The notes beneath the pieces are model-generated. The model searched no databases, was not told the DNA's origin, and worked only from the letters and a program-made list of their open reading frames with translations. Positions 12,688-22,146 of a DNA stretch of 64,000 nucleotides are shown piece after piece. Both the position numbers and the translations under genes were made by a program. The DNA is from Asterias amurensis (taxonomy: Eukaryota): NCBI RefSeq assembly GCF_032118995.1, contig NC_092652.1, positions 15,752,336 through 15,816,335 of the forward strand, given 5' to 3'. Each line of letters opens with the position of its first letter. Within the stretch, counting starts at the first letter, position 1.

Positions 12688-13155
12688 GTATGCATTTTTC
12701 CTTATGTTTGGGAATGCTATTTGTGTGTGTGGCCATATAACAAGCTTCCGTTACACGGACTCTTTGAATGCGAATCTTACGTTAGATTTTCACCTTTATT
12801 TACATTTTGTAGCGATAATTTGAATACATGATCTTTTCGTCAATTACTCGTTAATAATAATATATAAAAAAAGATTTAAATTTGGTTTGGTAAGTTACTT
12901 TTAGATGGCTGGAAGTAAAAATAGCCCGGAAGGTCATGTGATTGTTTGTACCACTTTTTGGTTAGAACAATCACGCGACCTTCGTTTTGTTTTAAAATGC
13001 TCAAAAACTACCAAATTTTATGACTTTTTTAGAGACTGTTCTTCTTCATTTCTAGAAGACCGTTGAGTTCATTTCTTAGTCTATTGTGTAGCCCAAATAG
13101 CCCAATTCGGCCGGTGTGTCCCTTTAAAGCCTTCATTCACCATTTTGGCTTGCAG

Positions 13156-13293
13156 TACGGGACCTCTCGAAATCAAGAGAATATTTGCCGCCACTCGTGG
13201 GATTGAAGAGGCTTCATTTGACGGGACCATCGGCAACAACCAACTCCTTTTCCATGGATCAGGACCAGCCACCCTCCTCGGAATTCTCTCAAG
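13156..13293 (+). CDS. PARP4: PARP4-like exon, PARP catalytic domain (H-G-S motif: LLFHGSGPATLLGILSRG)
   Basis: tttggcttgcag| acceptor, aag|gtgtgt donor; classic PARP catalytic NAD-binding H-G-S signature. Confidence 0.8.
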
Positions 13294-13826
13294 GTGTGTA
13301 AATTGAAAGCTTTCAACAAAGTGGGCGGACTTGTGGTGGGATGGGCGGAGGTTATGGATCGGATTTTTACCACTGACTTGATCCCTAAGATTGTCAAGGG
13401 CGAGCAGCTGGGGTTGGGTGGGGCCTGTGATGGAAAGGTGCTCCCCCAGCCCAGACATCCACAAACCACTGTGTTGCAGCATGTTGCAGTAACTGTGTGG
13501 ACATTCCTTTGTTACTAATACTTCACGAAAGTCATGTTCTTCGATTTGGTACAAAAACACTGTGAGGGCGTGTGATTTAGTACACATAGTGTTTCAAGTT
13601 CATCACACAGTAGCCTATTGATGTGGTGCTCGTGCACTGTATAGACTCACCGTGGTCGAATATAGGCGCAGTATTGTCAAGATACCCCACGAAAAATACA
13701 CTCGTAGAGCCCTCGAAAGGAAACCAAATCATGACCTTGCGCTCCTCTCGTGGAAAACAATACATACTAACCCTAACCCCAACTTGAATAATTGATTGCT
13801 ATGTGGACAATAATCTTTAATTTCAG

Positions 13827-13925
13827 GGGTTTGTTGTTACCGAAGATTGTTGTTGAAGAGTATGGCGGTTCTCGGTGTGATGTCGGGTTCCTTGGTTCAG
13901 GCATTTATTTTGCCGGTAGAGCATG
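13827..13925 (+). CDS. PARP4: PARP4-like exon, PARP catalytic (GSGIYFA motif)
   Basis: aatttcag| acceptor; GLLLPKIVVEEYGGSRCDVGFLGSGIYFAGRA; donor tg|gtagg. Confidence 0.8.
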
Positions 13926-14230
13926 GTAGGTTCCTCATATTATGTTCAAAGTTATATTAAATTCTTAAATATTTGAATTTTCAAACGTTTTTTGCTGTTT
14001 GTTGACACGATTGTTAATTTCTCGTGTAAACAAAATATACATTTCGTAGTTTTGCATATTTAAAACGAAAAGCCAAGAAAAAGTTTAACTGATTTTGACA
14101 CTCAATTATGCACAAACCAAAGTACTGTTTTAGTACCCCCAAAAAGGTGCAATAAACTACGCTTACAATTTTACTTTACATTATGTTTCTTATGTATTTA
14201 TTCCAAACATGACCATCTACCATTTTGCAG

Positions 14231-14414
14231 TAAGGCTCAGCAATACTCACCACCTAGTCAGCAAGCCGGTACCAGACTGATGTTTATCCACACGGTTGCC
14301 TTGGGTAACGTCAAGAAGCTATACAACCATGATTATACTCTCAGTGAGGCACCGAAGGGCCACCACAGCACACACGGCGTCAGCAGTTGTTCTGCACACC
14401 CAAGCGCATTTGAG
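14231..14414 (+). CDS. PARP4: PARP4-like exon, PARP catalytic continuation
   Basis: cattttgcag| acceptor, gag|gtagag donor; ...RLMFIHTVALGNVKKLYNHDYTLSEAPKGHHSTHGV... Confidence 0.7.
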
Positions 14415-14582
14415 GTAGAGTTAGCCTTTTTATGAATTATCTTTTTACGCATGCGTACAGACCCTTTTGGTTTACAAACGGTATGTAACTGTGATAAAAT
14501 GTAATGAGGTCAGTTGAACAACATTTCATGATAAATTCTACCCCAACAAGCCACATTTTCTAGGAATACAGCAGTTGCTAAA

Positions 14583-14792
14583 TTATAATTCCTTTAAAGG
14601 AACACGTTGCCTTGGATCGGTCGAGTTGGTCTTTGAAAAGCGTTTGTAACCATTTGTTATAAAATGCATATGGAAAGATGTTGTAAAAGTAGAATACAAT
14701 GATCCACACAAACATGCCTCGAAATTGCACGGTTTTCCTTTTACTTTGTCGACAAACACGGTCGGCCATTTATGGGGACTCCCATAAATGGA
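14583..14792. mobile_element. Foldback element, half copy
   Basis: ttaaaggaacacgttgccttggatcggtcgagttggtc...ggccatttatgggg.cccataaatgg central palindrome. Confidence 0.65.
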
Positions 14793-15103
14793 AAATAACA
14801 AACCTATGAAAATGAGCTCGATTGGTCGTCGAAGTTGTGAGATAATAATGAAAGAAAAACACCCTTGCCACACGAAGTTGTGTGCTCTCTTTCAGATGCT
14901 TGATTTTTTTCGTGAACTCAAAATCTAGTTCTGAAATCAAATTCGTGGAAAAGTACACCTTTCTCGAAAACCCGTTACTTCAGAGGGAGCCGTTTGCTCA
15001 CAGTGGTTTATACTATCAACCTCTCTCCATTGCTCGTTATCAAGTAAGTTGTTATGCTAACAATTTTTTTTGAGTAATTACCAACAGTGTCCATTGCCTT
15101 TAG
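14793..15103 (+). mobile_element. MITE family A, 5-prime-truncated copy abutting a foldback element; 3-prime end forms acceptor of PARP4 exon at 15104
   Basis: ...ccaacagtgtccattgcctttag|GATGACGAG. Confidence 0.8.
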
Positions 15104-15290
15104 GATGACGAGTTTGTTGTATACGAGACGAATCAGCAATGTATCCGCTACCTTGTTGAATTCACCCTGCCAGGAGAAACTGAGGTGGAGATACCTCTCT
15201 GTGAAACTCCTCAGATTGCAGAAGGACCGGAGGAGATGATTCTCTGTAAACAACTCGAGGAGGTTCAAAGTAGTGCTCCAACAGCAATTG
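15104..15290 (+). CDS. PARP4: PARP4-like exon, PARP catalytic C-terminus (DDEFVVYETNQ..YLVEF)
   Basis: acceptor cctttag| formed at 3-prime terminus of MITE-A copy; donor g|gtaatg; DEFVVY..KYLL is PARP catalytic end signature. Confidence 0.75.
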
Positions 15291-15730
15291 GTAATGTGTA
15301 AGACATCAGACAAAAATGTCATAGACTATTCATCAACGTAAACCAGGATTGATTGATCTCGCTGTGCTGTTCTTTCCATGCATTCACAGCACAAATTCAT
15401 TTTGTTTAGATGTTTTTTTTTGTTTTTTTTATGAGAAATGGAAGGCCATTTAAGGCCACTTCTAGGTACAGGTACTGGGTTAAGTCACTATGGTAGCCGC
15501 AGCTACCAACAAATAGTTTTTAATATGCAGCCCCTGGGAACAAAAACCAATGGACCTGCAATGTCAGTTTATCCTGCAATGGGGCATCTGTCAACACCTC
15601 AAGGTTGAATTGGAGACTTTGGCGACCAATTTAGCCTGGGGGTCAGGGAAACTCAGCTGGTTAGTCCGTCAGCGCTTGTATTGGGTGTTGCTGTTGCTAT
15701 GTAACAGAATGCACTTACATGGAAACGTTC

Positions 15731-16015
15731 GTTAAAGACACTCGACACTATTGGTAATTGTCAAAGAACAGTCTTTTCACTTGGTGTATCTCAACATACC
15801 TGTGAAAATTTGAGCTCAATTGGTCGTCGAAGTTGCAAGACAACAATAGAAATTTAAAAAACACCATCGGCCCACGATGGGTGCTTTAAGATGCTTGATT
15901 TCGAGACCACAAAATCTAATTCCGAGGTCTCGAAAACAAATTCGTGGAAAATTACTTCTTTCTCAAAAACGACATCACTCCAGAGGGAGCCGTTTCTCAC
16001 AATATATTATACTAT
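15731..16015 (+). mobile_element. MITE family A copy, 5-prime part (split by LTR retrotransposon insertion)
   Basis: continues at 23094 after the 7078-bp insertion; junction tatactat|LTR. Confidence 0.85.
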
Positions 16016-16962
16016 TGTAACGAAATGGTACCGCGCGGTGGCGCTCCAGGCTTAGCGCGAGAGTAGGCGCCCTTAGCGCGCGAAAAGGCGGTTTGGCGCG
16101 GCGCTGGCTGCCGCGGGGCATTTTGGGAAGCACGCTGCTGCCTCGTGCGTGGGGAGTGCGTAGCGGGCAGTTGCAGACTGGACAGCGGATGGTACAGACG
16201 TGTTTTCAATAGTGGTGTTTAACAATTGGCGGGGAGGATTAAGGCGGCGACGTGACTAGCGTGTTCACGTGTCGGGAGTAGTAGCAGGGCTAGCGTGGGG
16301 AGTTTTGGGAGTTGCGGTGCGTGCTGCTGACAGTTGTGTAACCGAGGGGTAGGTTTCATTGGATTATTTTCTGTGTTATTTATGGCAAGTTGGACGTAGA
16401 GACGTGCGATAATCCACTCCCGTAAGGAGGTCACATTGCATTGTATTGTTTGCTCTGGAGTCCGAGATTCTATCAGGCCCTTAAGGCATATTCTATTGTG
16501 TATTGTATTGGTTGCTCGGAGTTCGGGATTTTATCAGGCCCTAAAGGCAGCTTTGGTTTTACTGTAAATGCAGTTCAGTTACTTTAAGTTAGTTCCAGTT
16601 ACCTTAAGGGATTTTCCAGTTGCTTAAGGGATTACCAGTTACTTAAGGGATTTCGGTGACCTTAAGTTTAGTCAGTTGCCTTAAGGGACCATTTCTGGCC
16701 TTAAGTAAAGGAAGATTGCGTAGTTGGAATCAGGAATTACTGTGCTTTCGTAGGGATAATAAATAAAACGGATCAATAGTCAATCAGTAACTTGTCTCAG
16801 CCCTCACTCCTTGGAAGTCAACAGTTTCTTACAGTTTCTAGACCCCTTCCCCCACGTTTTTATTACATGCGGCGATATACGGTTGCCTAACGACCTCACC
16901 CCAAGTGCCAGCAGGACTACCGCTCGTCCTGTGCTGGTGACCACCAGACGGGAATCGCTACA
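16016..16962 (+). repeat. 5-prime LTR (947 bp)
   Basis: identical to 22147-23093 except about 3 substitutions (near 16062, 16364, 16573); contains tandem 20-bp CCTTAAGGGAT-type subrepeats. Confidence 0.9.
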
Positions 16963-16980
16963 TTGGTGTCAGAAGTGGGA
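16963..16980 (+). other. Putative primer binding site (TTGGTGTCAGAAGTGGGA)
   Basis: begins TGG immediately 3-prime of the 5-prime LTR. Confidence 0.4.
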
Positions 16981-17035
16981 TTTGCTGTAATTTTTGTGGG
17001 AGACAGGGTTATTCTAGAGCTGTATAACGGACTGC

Positions 17036-18292
17036 ATGATGGACCGGATGGATTCAAGGGCAATGGAGGAGGAGTTGGAGGTGCTTCGGATGGAGGTTCA
17101 TACAGCCGAAAATATAGTCGAGGATGCTGTCGAGGCCAGGCGGGTAATGGAGGAGGAGTTGCGCAGGATGCGTATGCAACACGCAGAGATGGAAGAGAGA
17201 CATAAGTCGGGCAGGGTCCTTGGAGCCCCTACGCCAGACATGTTTTTCAGCACTCCGAGTCCTGTGGTTTCCGGTACACTTAGGGACACCTCAGGAGCAG
17301 GATTCACACCTGCAAACACAGTTGCAGACACAGAATTCACAAGAGAACAGGAGGTGGGACGTAAGGAGGATGCGACTACTACCAGCCCCAAGGTGGACAG
17401 ACCTCGAAAACCGAACATTTGCCCGGATCGTTTCAATGGGAAGGTTCCTTGGAATGACTACAAGGCTCATTTCCGAGCTTGCTGCGTGGCGAATGCCTGG
17501 AGTGACGAGCAGGCGGTCGTGTTTCTCGCTGCCAGCCTCCAAGGGCAAGCGTTAAAGGTGCTGAGATGCCAGCCGGAGGGGAAGAAGTCGTCGCTTAAGG
17601 ACTTGATGCTCCGTCTGGACCAGAGATTTGGCCCGGGCCAACAAGCAGATTTCCATATGATGGAGGTGAGGCACCGTCGGCAGGGCGAAGTGGAAACACT
17701 GCAGGAGCTAGGGACGAGCATAAGGGAGCTATCTGCATTGGCCTACCCGGAATTCTCCGACGATAGCCGGGAACGGTTGGCTAAGGGACATTTCATGGAT
17801 GCGGTCAAGGACCGGGAGATTAGGGAAGGGATATTCCGGGTAAGCCCAACCTCTTTAGATGACGCCATTAGGGCCGCTCTGCAGACAGAAAGTTTCCTTC
17901 GGACAGAGGAACATAGGACCAATGGGAGGGGGAGAAAGTTTGCAAGGGTTGTTGCAGGAGGAGAGGACGAGGTCTCTCTGCAGGGTCTACAAGGAGAGTT
18001 AAGGGCCACTCAGGATCGCATGTCTAAGGCTTTGGGTGGAATACATGCCATGTTGGAGGACCTGTCACGTTCTAAGGGGGATTACCAGTCGGCAGTTCCA
18101 CGGGGAAGGTCAAGTGCAGACTATGCCTGTTACAACTGTGGCAAAAAGGGTCACTTCGCGAGGGAATGTTCTGAGCCGAGAAGGGAAAGGAGCTGGCAGT
18201 CGGGAAACGCTACCCAGCCAACCGTGGGGCCCAATGGAAGGCTGGAAATGGAGGAAGGACACAAAGAAACTTCCAAGGAGGGCCAGTGCTAG
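17036..18292 (+). CDS. gag: Gag polyprotein (418 aa) with capsid-like region and CCHC zinc knuckle
   Basis: ORF track; CYNCGKKGHFARECSE zinc knuckle; retrotransposon-gag-like FNGKVPWNDYKAHFRACCVANAWSDEQ; N-terminal Glu/Arg-rich coiled-coil-like stretch. Confidence 0.85.
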   Translation: MMDRMDSRAMEEELEVLRMEVHTAENIVEDAVEARRVMEEELRRMRMQHAEMEERHKSGRVLGAPTPDMFFSTPSPVVSGTLRDTSGAGFTPANTVADTEFTREQEVGRKEDATTTSPKVDRPRKPNICPDRFNGKVPWNDYKAHFRACCVANAWSDEQAVVFLAASLQGQALKVLRCQPEGKKSSLKDLMLRLDQRFGPGQQADFHMMEVRHRRQGEVETLQELGTSIRELSALAYPEFSDDSRERLAKGHFMDAVKDREIREGIFRVSPTSLDDAIRAALQTESFLRTEEHRTNGRGRKFARVVAGGEDEVSLQGLQGELRATQDRMSKALGGIHAMLEDLSRSKGDYQSAVPRGRSSADYACYNCGKKGHFARECSEPRRERSWQSGNATQPTVGPNGRLEMEEGHKETSKEGQC

Positions 18293-20484
18293 GAATGTAT
18301 AACCAAGGGATAACGCTCTCAGGGAAGAGTTCGAATATGGCAGGGCTATATGTGACCGCTCAGGTACGAGGAGTAAAAACACAGATGTTAATCGACACAG
18401 GTGCGTCAAACACGGTGCTGTCAGCAGCAGTTTACTATCAAATGGCTCCGGAGGGGAGACCTTCACTGAATACGAGGGGAGCGAAGTTGTACGGGGCGGA
18501 TGGTAGCTCCATAGAGACTATTGGCGGAGCATTGATGGAGATCCAGGTTGGCAAGACAACCCTCCCGGTACATGTGATATTTGCAAAATTGGATTTGGAG
18601 GGGATATTAGGAATGGACTTTCTCCTGCCTACAAATGGACGACTGGACTTCAAGGACATGGTGTTGACCCTGAATGGAGAACGAATAAGGTGCCAGAACG
18701 GTCAGGGTGCGAACGTTTGTGCACAGTGTGGAATGGAAGGACCGGACCTGGGTGGCCAGTTGCGCAAGTCAGGAGGAAGTGAAGGGATAGTGCCTGTACC
18801 GGATAGCGATGAAGGAGATAGTGGCCCTGCAGGAAAGGCTGAGGAAGCCAAAGCTGATTTGCGCGCCGTGGGTGTACTACCCCAAATAACCAAGGCCGAC
18901 TGGAGGGAGGCACAGCTTAGGGAAAGCTCTATGGAGTGGGTCATCAAGGCTAAGGAGGCCGAGGTACCCAGGCCAGACTGGGAGACAGTGTCAGTAACAT
19001 CCAGTGCAAGCAAGAACTATTGGCTACGATGGGAGCAGCTACTTGTTCGCGACGGCGTACTACAGCGTCGGTGGGAGTCTCACAATGGAAAGCAAACGCA
19101 GTGGCAAACCTTGGTACCTCAGGAGCTCCGAGGAGAGATATTGCATGAGCTCCACGCAGGAAGGCTGAGTGGACACTTAGGAACCAAGCGAACAATGGCG
19201 AAGGTGCACGGCAAGTTCTATTGGCAAGGGATGGCTGCAGACATAAGGTCCTTCATCCGAGAGTGTGATGTGTGTGCTAGGAGGAAGTCCCCCAACAAAA
19301 AGAGAAGGGCCCCTTTACAGCAACACCTAGTGGGAATTCCGATGGAGCGAGTAGCGATGGACATTACAGGACCCTTCCCAGTGACGAAGAATGGCAATCG
19401 TTACATACTTGTGATTGGGGACTACTTCAGTAAGTGGTTCGAAGCCTACCCCATTCCAGATGAGAAGGCAGAGACTGTTGCGGACAAGTTCGTCAAGGAG
19501 TTCGTGTGCAGGTTCGGCGTGCCTAAAACACTGCATACCGACCAAGGGAGAAATTTCGAGTCGAGGCTCATGGCCGAGGTGTGCAGAACGCTTGGGATTG
19601 AAAAGACCAGGACCACCCCCTACAACCCCAAGTCTGACGGAATGGTTGAGAGGTTTAACCGCACCCTGGTTAATATCGTAGCCATGCTGATGAAAGAACA
19701 AGCAAACAATAAGGACTGGGACGAGGAGTTGCCTTATGCGACGGCTGCTTACCGCAGCACACCACAAGAGTCCACTGGGGAAACCCCAAACATGCTGATG
19801 CTCGGTAGGGAAGTCTCTCTGCCCCTTGATTTGACAGTGGAGGAGCCCCCTGCAGGCGACGCAGATGGGAAGGAGGAGCGGGACTATGCCCAAGTGGTGC
19901 GTGAGAGAATGCAGGGCGCACATGAAAGGGCTAGAGCACGCTCGAAGAAAAGTGCAAGACGTCAGAAACAAAACTATGACAAGGGGACCAGCGAGGGCAA
20001 CTTTGCTGAAGGCACGTTCGCCTGGTTGTTCAACCCAGCGAAGAAGAAGGGGGTGTCACCCAAGTTGATGTGTAGGTGGGAAGGACCCTACCTTGTAGTA
20101 AACAGGCTGTCGGACGTAACCTTAAGGATACAAAGGAAGCCTGGAGGGAAAACGAAGGTTGTTCACTGTGACCGCCTTAAGCCGTATCAAGGTGCACCCT
20201 TACAGCCTTGGATGTCAGATGCAGACGAAGGGACGCAGGCCCTGCAGGGGCAACCCGCAGGAGATATCCCGGTGGATGATGCATCCCAGGTGGAAGTGAT
20301 TAATAGCCCGATGCCAGCGGGCCAGGTAGAACCAGAGACACCTGAAGGTGACCGGGAATCCTCTGAAGATATGGGCCATGCGGATCCTGCTCAGGTATCT
20401 AGACCCTTAGACATGACACCGTTGCCTGCACAGGCGAGACGGAATCCGTTGCGCCAGCGGAGGCCGCCACAGCGGTATCTGTAA
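18286..20484 (+). CDS. pol: Pol (732 aa) = aspartic protease + integrase only; no reverse transcriptase/RNase H
   Basis: -1 frame relative to gag with 7-nt overlap; LIDTGASNTV and GILGMDFL protease motifs; H-x3-H...C-x2-C zinc finger (HELHAGRLSGH...CDVCARRK); integrase D (VAMDITGPFP), D (LHTDQGRNFES), E (MVERFNRTL); GPY/F tail (WEGPYLVVNRL); no YxDD motif anywhere. Confidence 0.85.
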   Translation: MLGMYNQGITLSGKSSNMAGLYVTAQVRGVKTQMLIDTGASNTVLSAAVYYQMAPEGRPSLNTRGAKLYGADGSSIETIGGALMEIQVGKTTLPVHVIFAKLDLEGILGMDFLLPTNGRLDFKDMVLTLNGERIRCQNGQGANVCAQCGMEGPDLGGQLRKSGGSEGIVPVPDSDEGDSGPAGKAEEAKADLRAVGVLPQITKADWREAQLRESSMEWVIKAKEAEVPRPDWETVSVTSSASKNYWLRWEQLLVRDGVLQRRWESHNGKQTQWQTLVPQELRGEILHELHAGRLSGHLGTKRTMAKVHGKFYWQGMAADIRSFIRECDVCARRKSPNKKRRAPLQQHLVGIPMERVAMDITGPFPVTKNGNRYILVIGDYFSKWFEAYPIPDEKAETVADKFVKEFVCRFGVPKTLHTDQGRNFESRLMAEVCRTLGIEKTRTTPYNPKSDGMVERFNRTLVNIVAMLMKEQANNKDWDEELPYATAAYRSTPQESTGETPNMLMLGREVSLPLDLTVEEPPAGDADGKEERDYAQVVRERMQGAHERARARSKKSARRQKQNYDKGTSEGNFAEGTFAWLFNPAKKKGVSPKLMCRWEGPYLVVNRLSDVTLRIQRKPGGKTKVVHCDRLKPYQGAPLQPWMSDADEGTQALQGQPAGDIPVDDASQVEVINSPMPAGQVEPETPEGDRESSEDMGHADPAQVSRPLDMTPLPAQARRNPLRQRRPPQRYL

Positions 20485-20631
20485 TTAATTAGCTCTGGAG
20501 TATTGGGGGGATCGATTGTATGGTACTAGGACAACAAAGGCGTAACGTAGGAGTAGCAAACCAGTATGGGGGTAACTGCAGTGAAGTAACTGTTGCTTTG
20601 TTTGTTCTTTTTCTTTACAGTATAAAGGAGG

Positions 20632-21651
20632 ATGGAGGACCAAGAGCCAGGATGGAAGAGACCGAAGGACTGGGATAAGATGAAGCTATACGCATGTTCG
20701 GAGTGTGACGACACCTTCGTGAGCAAGAAGAGTCTTGAGACCCATCTGGGGACTCACACCACCAAGAAGAAGATCCTGTACTTCTGCAAGAGGTGTGACA
20801 GGAGATATACAAGGAAAGACAACCTGAAGGTTCACTATACCAACCACCACCCTGCAGGGATGCAGGACCTGGATACGCTGTACCCAGAAACGGAGGAAGA
20901 ACGGAGAGCTGCTAGTTCCCCAGGAGACGATGTGGATGTTCCGGGTGATTCCCCTGCCCCCTCGGGACGCAAGAGGAAGGAAACGGAGGTGACCAATCCC
21001 AGACCCAGAAAGGAGTCCAGGAAGAGGAGAGAGTGCACCGAGAAAACCAGGGAGCCACAGAAGGAAGAGGAATCGGCTGAGGAGACGCAGCTCCCCTCAA
21101 CTCCTGGGAGGAACCGGGTGATACAGGAAACGGCGGAACTGTCCTTGTCGCCAGCGTCAGTTTCCTTACTGGAAGAGGCGGGTCCTCGGCGCCGGGTAGT
21201 CCATGGAGGGAAACCTCGGGGTATGATTTCGATGATGAAGGATGCCCAGGAAGAGGGTACTGACGAGGAAGGAGTGGAGGACAACAACGACGCTCCTTTG
21301 TCCATTAATCTGGGGCGAGCACTAAAGGGAAGCACCCTACGATACAACGAAGGAGACCTGCAACAACACGTCTTTCAACCAGCTCAGGGTGTTCGACACG
21401 GGCTGGGACAAGCCGCACCGGTAGAGGAACCACCACAGGCGAGAGTGTGCCGGATCAATCGAGGCAACCCGGGGTGGCGAAAAGCAGTGCCACTTGATAC
21501 TGCTGACCTGGAGGTGATGATGGCTGGAAACGTCCGTAAGGTGAGAGAAGTCAACACAAGAAGCCAGTTTCAGAATGGCCTCAAGATCTCCGAAGAGGTC
21601 GTCGAGCGGACATACGACGTGCAGTTCACGGCAGGGTTTATCCTCAAGTAG
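20632..21651 (+). CDS. ORF3 (339 aa) C2H2 zinc-finger protein in env position of the LTR element
   Basis: two C2H2 fingers (YACSECDDTFVSKKSLETHLGTH; YFCKRCDRRYTRKDNLKVHYTNHH), then acidic/Ser-Pro-rich low complexity and a C-terminal ~100 aa unique region; intact ORF. Confidence 0.7.
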   Translation: MEDQEPGWKRPKDWDKMKLYACSECDDTFVSKKSLETHLGTHTTKKKILYFCKRCDRRYTRKDNLKVHYTNHHPAGMQDLDTLYPETEEERRAASSPGDDVDVPGDSPAPSGRKRKETEVTNPRPRKESRKRRECTEKTREPQKEEESAEETQLPSTPGRNRVIQETAELSLSPASVSLLEEAGPRRRVVHGGKPRGMISMMKDAQEEGTDEEGVEDNNDAPLSINLGRALKGSTLRYNEGDLQQHVFQPAQGVRHGLGQAAPVEEPPQARVCRINRGNPGWRKAVPLDTADLEVMMAGNVRKVREVNTRSQFQNGLKISEEVVERTYDVQFTAGFILK

Positions 21652-22134
21652 TTGTAGTCCACTTTAGGCTCGTTTTTACTAAAGCGTTACTTGTTTATAA
21701 CCTTGTTTTCTTTCAGTATAAAAGTTGTCTAAGAGAGTATATTTTGATAACAGATCTTGCCTTTGTAATCTTGTGTAATTCCCTTAAGGATTAGGTTACG
21801 AATTTGGATTGTATAACGTGATTGTGTTATGATTGGATTTGATTTGTATAAACTCCCTTAAGGAGACATTGTGATTTTTGAAATGTGTTTTACTTAAAGT
21901 TCCCTTTAGGAGCATTAGCAGACTCTTGCCTTAAAGTGTGTAAACCTCCCTTAAGGAGGCATTGTGATAACTTATTGTTTAAGCTCCCTTAAGGGGCCCC
22001 TTTGTTACTTAAAGGTGTCCGGCAGGTGCATTGTGGTGTATAAAATAACTATTTCTCTGTATAAATTTGTAAGCACCTTGAGGTACATTTCGTTTTTAGG
22101 GTATCAGTTTTACGGACCGGGTGGTCCTAACTTA

Positions 22135-22146
22135 AGTGGGGGGCTG
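22135..22146 (+). other. Putative polypurine tract (AAGTGGGGGGCT)
   Basis: purine-rich run directly upstream of 3-prime LTR. Confidence 0.45.

Noticed and set aside
13081-13587. 168-aa minus-strand ORF
   Set aside because: It is antisense to a well-supported PARP catalytic exon (13156-13293), and has no recognisable domain or splice/promoter context.
16012-16434. Minus-strand ORFs of 65 and 71 aa (duplicated at 22110-22565)
   Set aside because: These are identical copies because they lie in the two LTRs. They are GC-rich Pro/Ala/Arg low-complexity translations, not genes.
19327-19971. 214-aa minus-strand ORF inside the LTR element
   Set aside because: It is antisense to the integrase core of pol, and is Cys/Leu-rich with no motifs. 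It is typical of spurious antisense ORFs in coding sequence.
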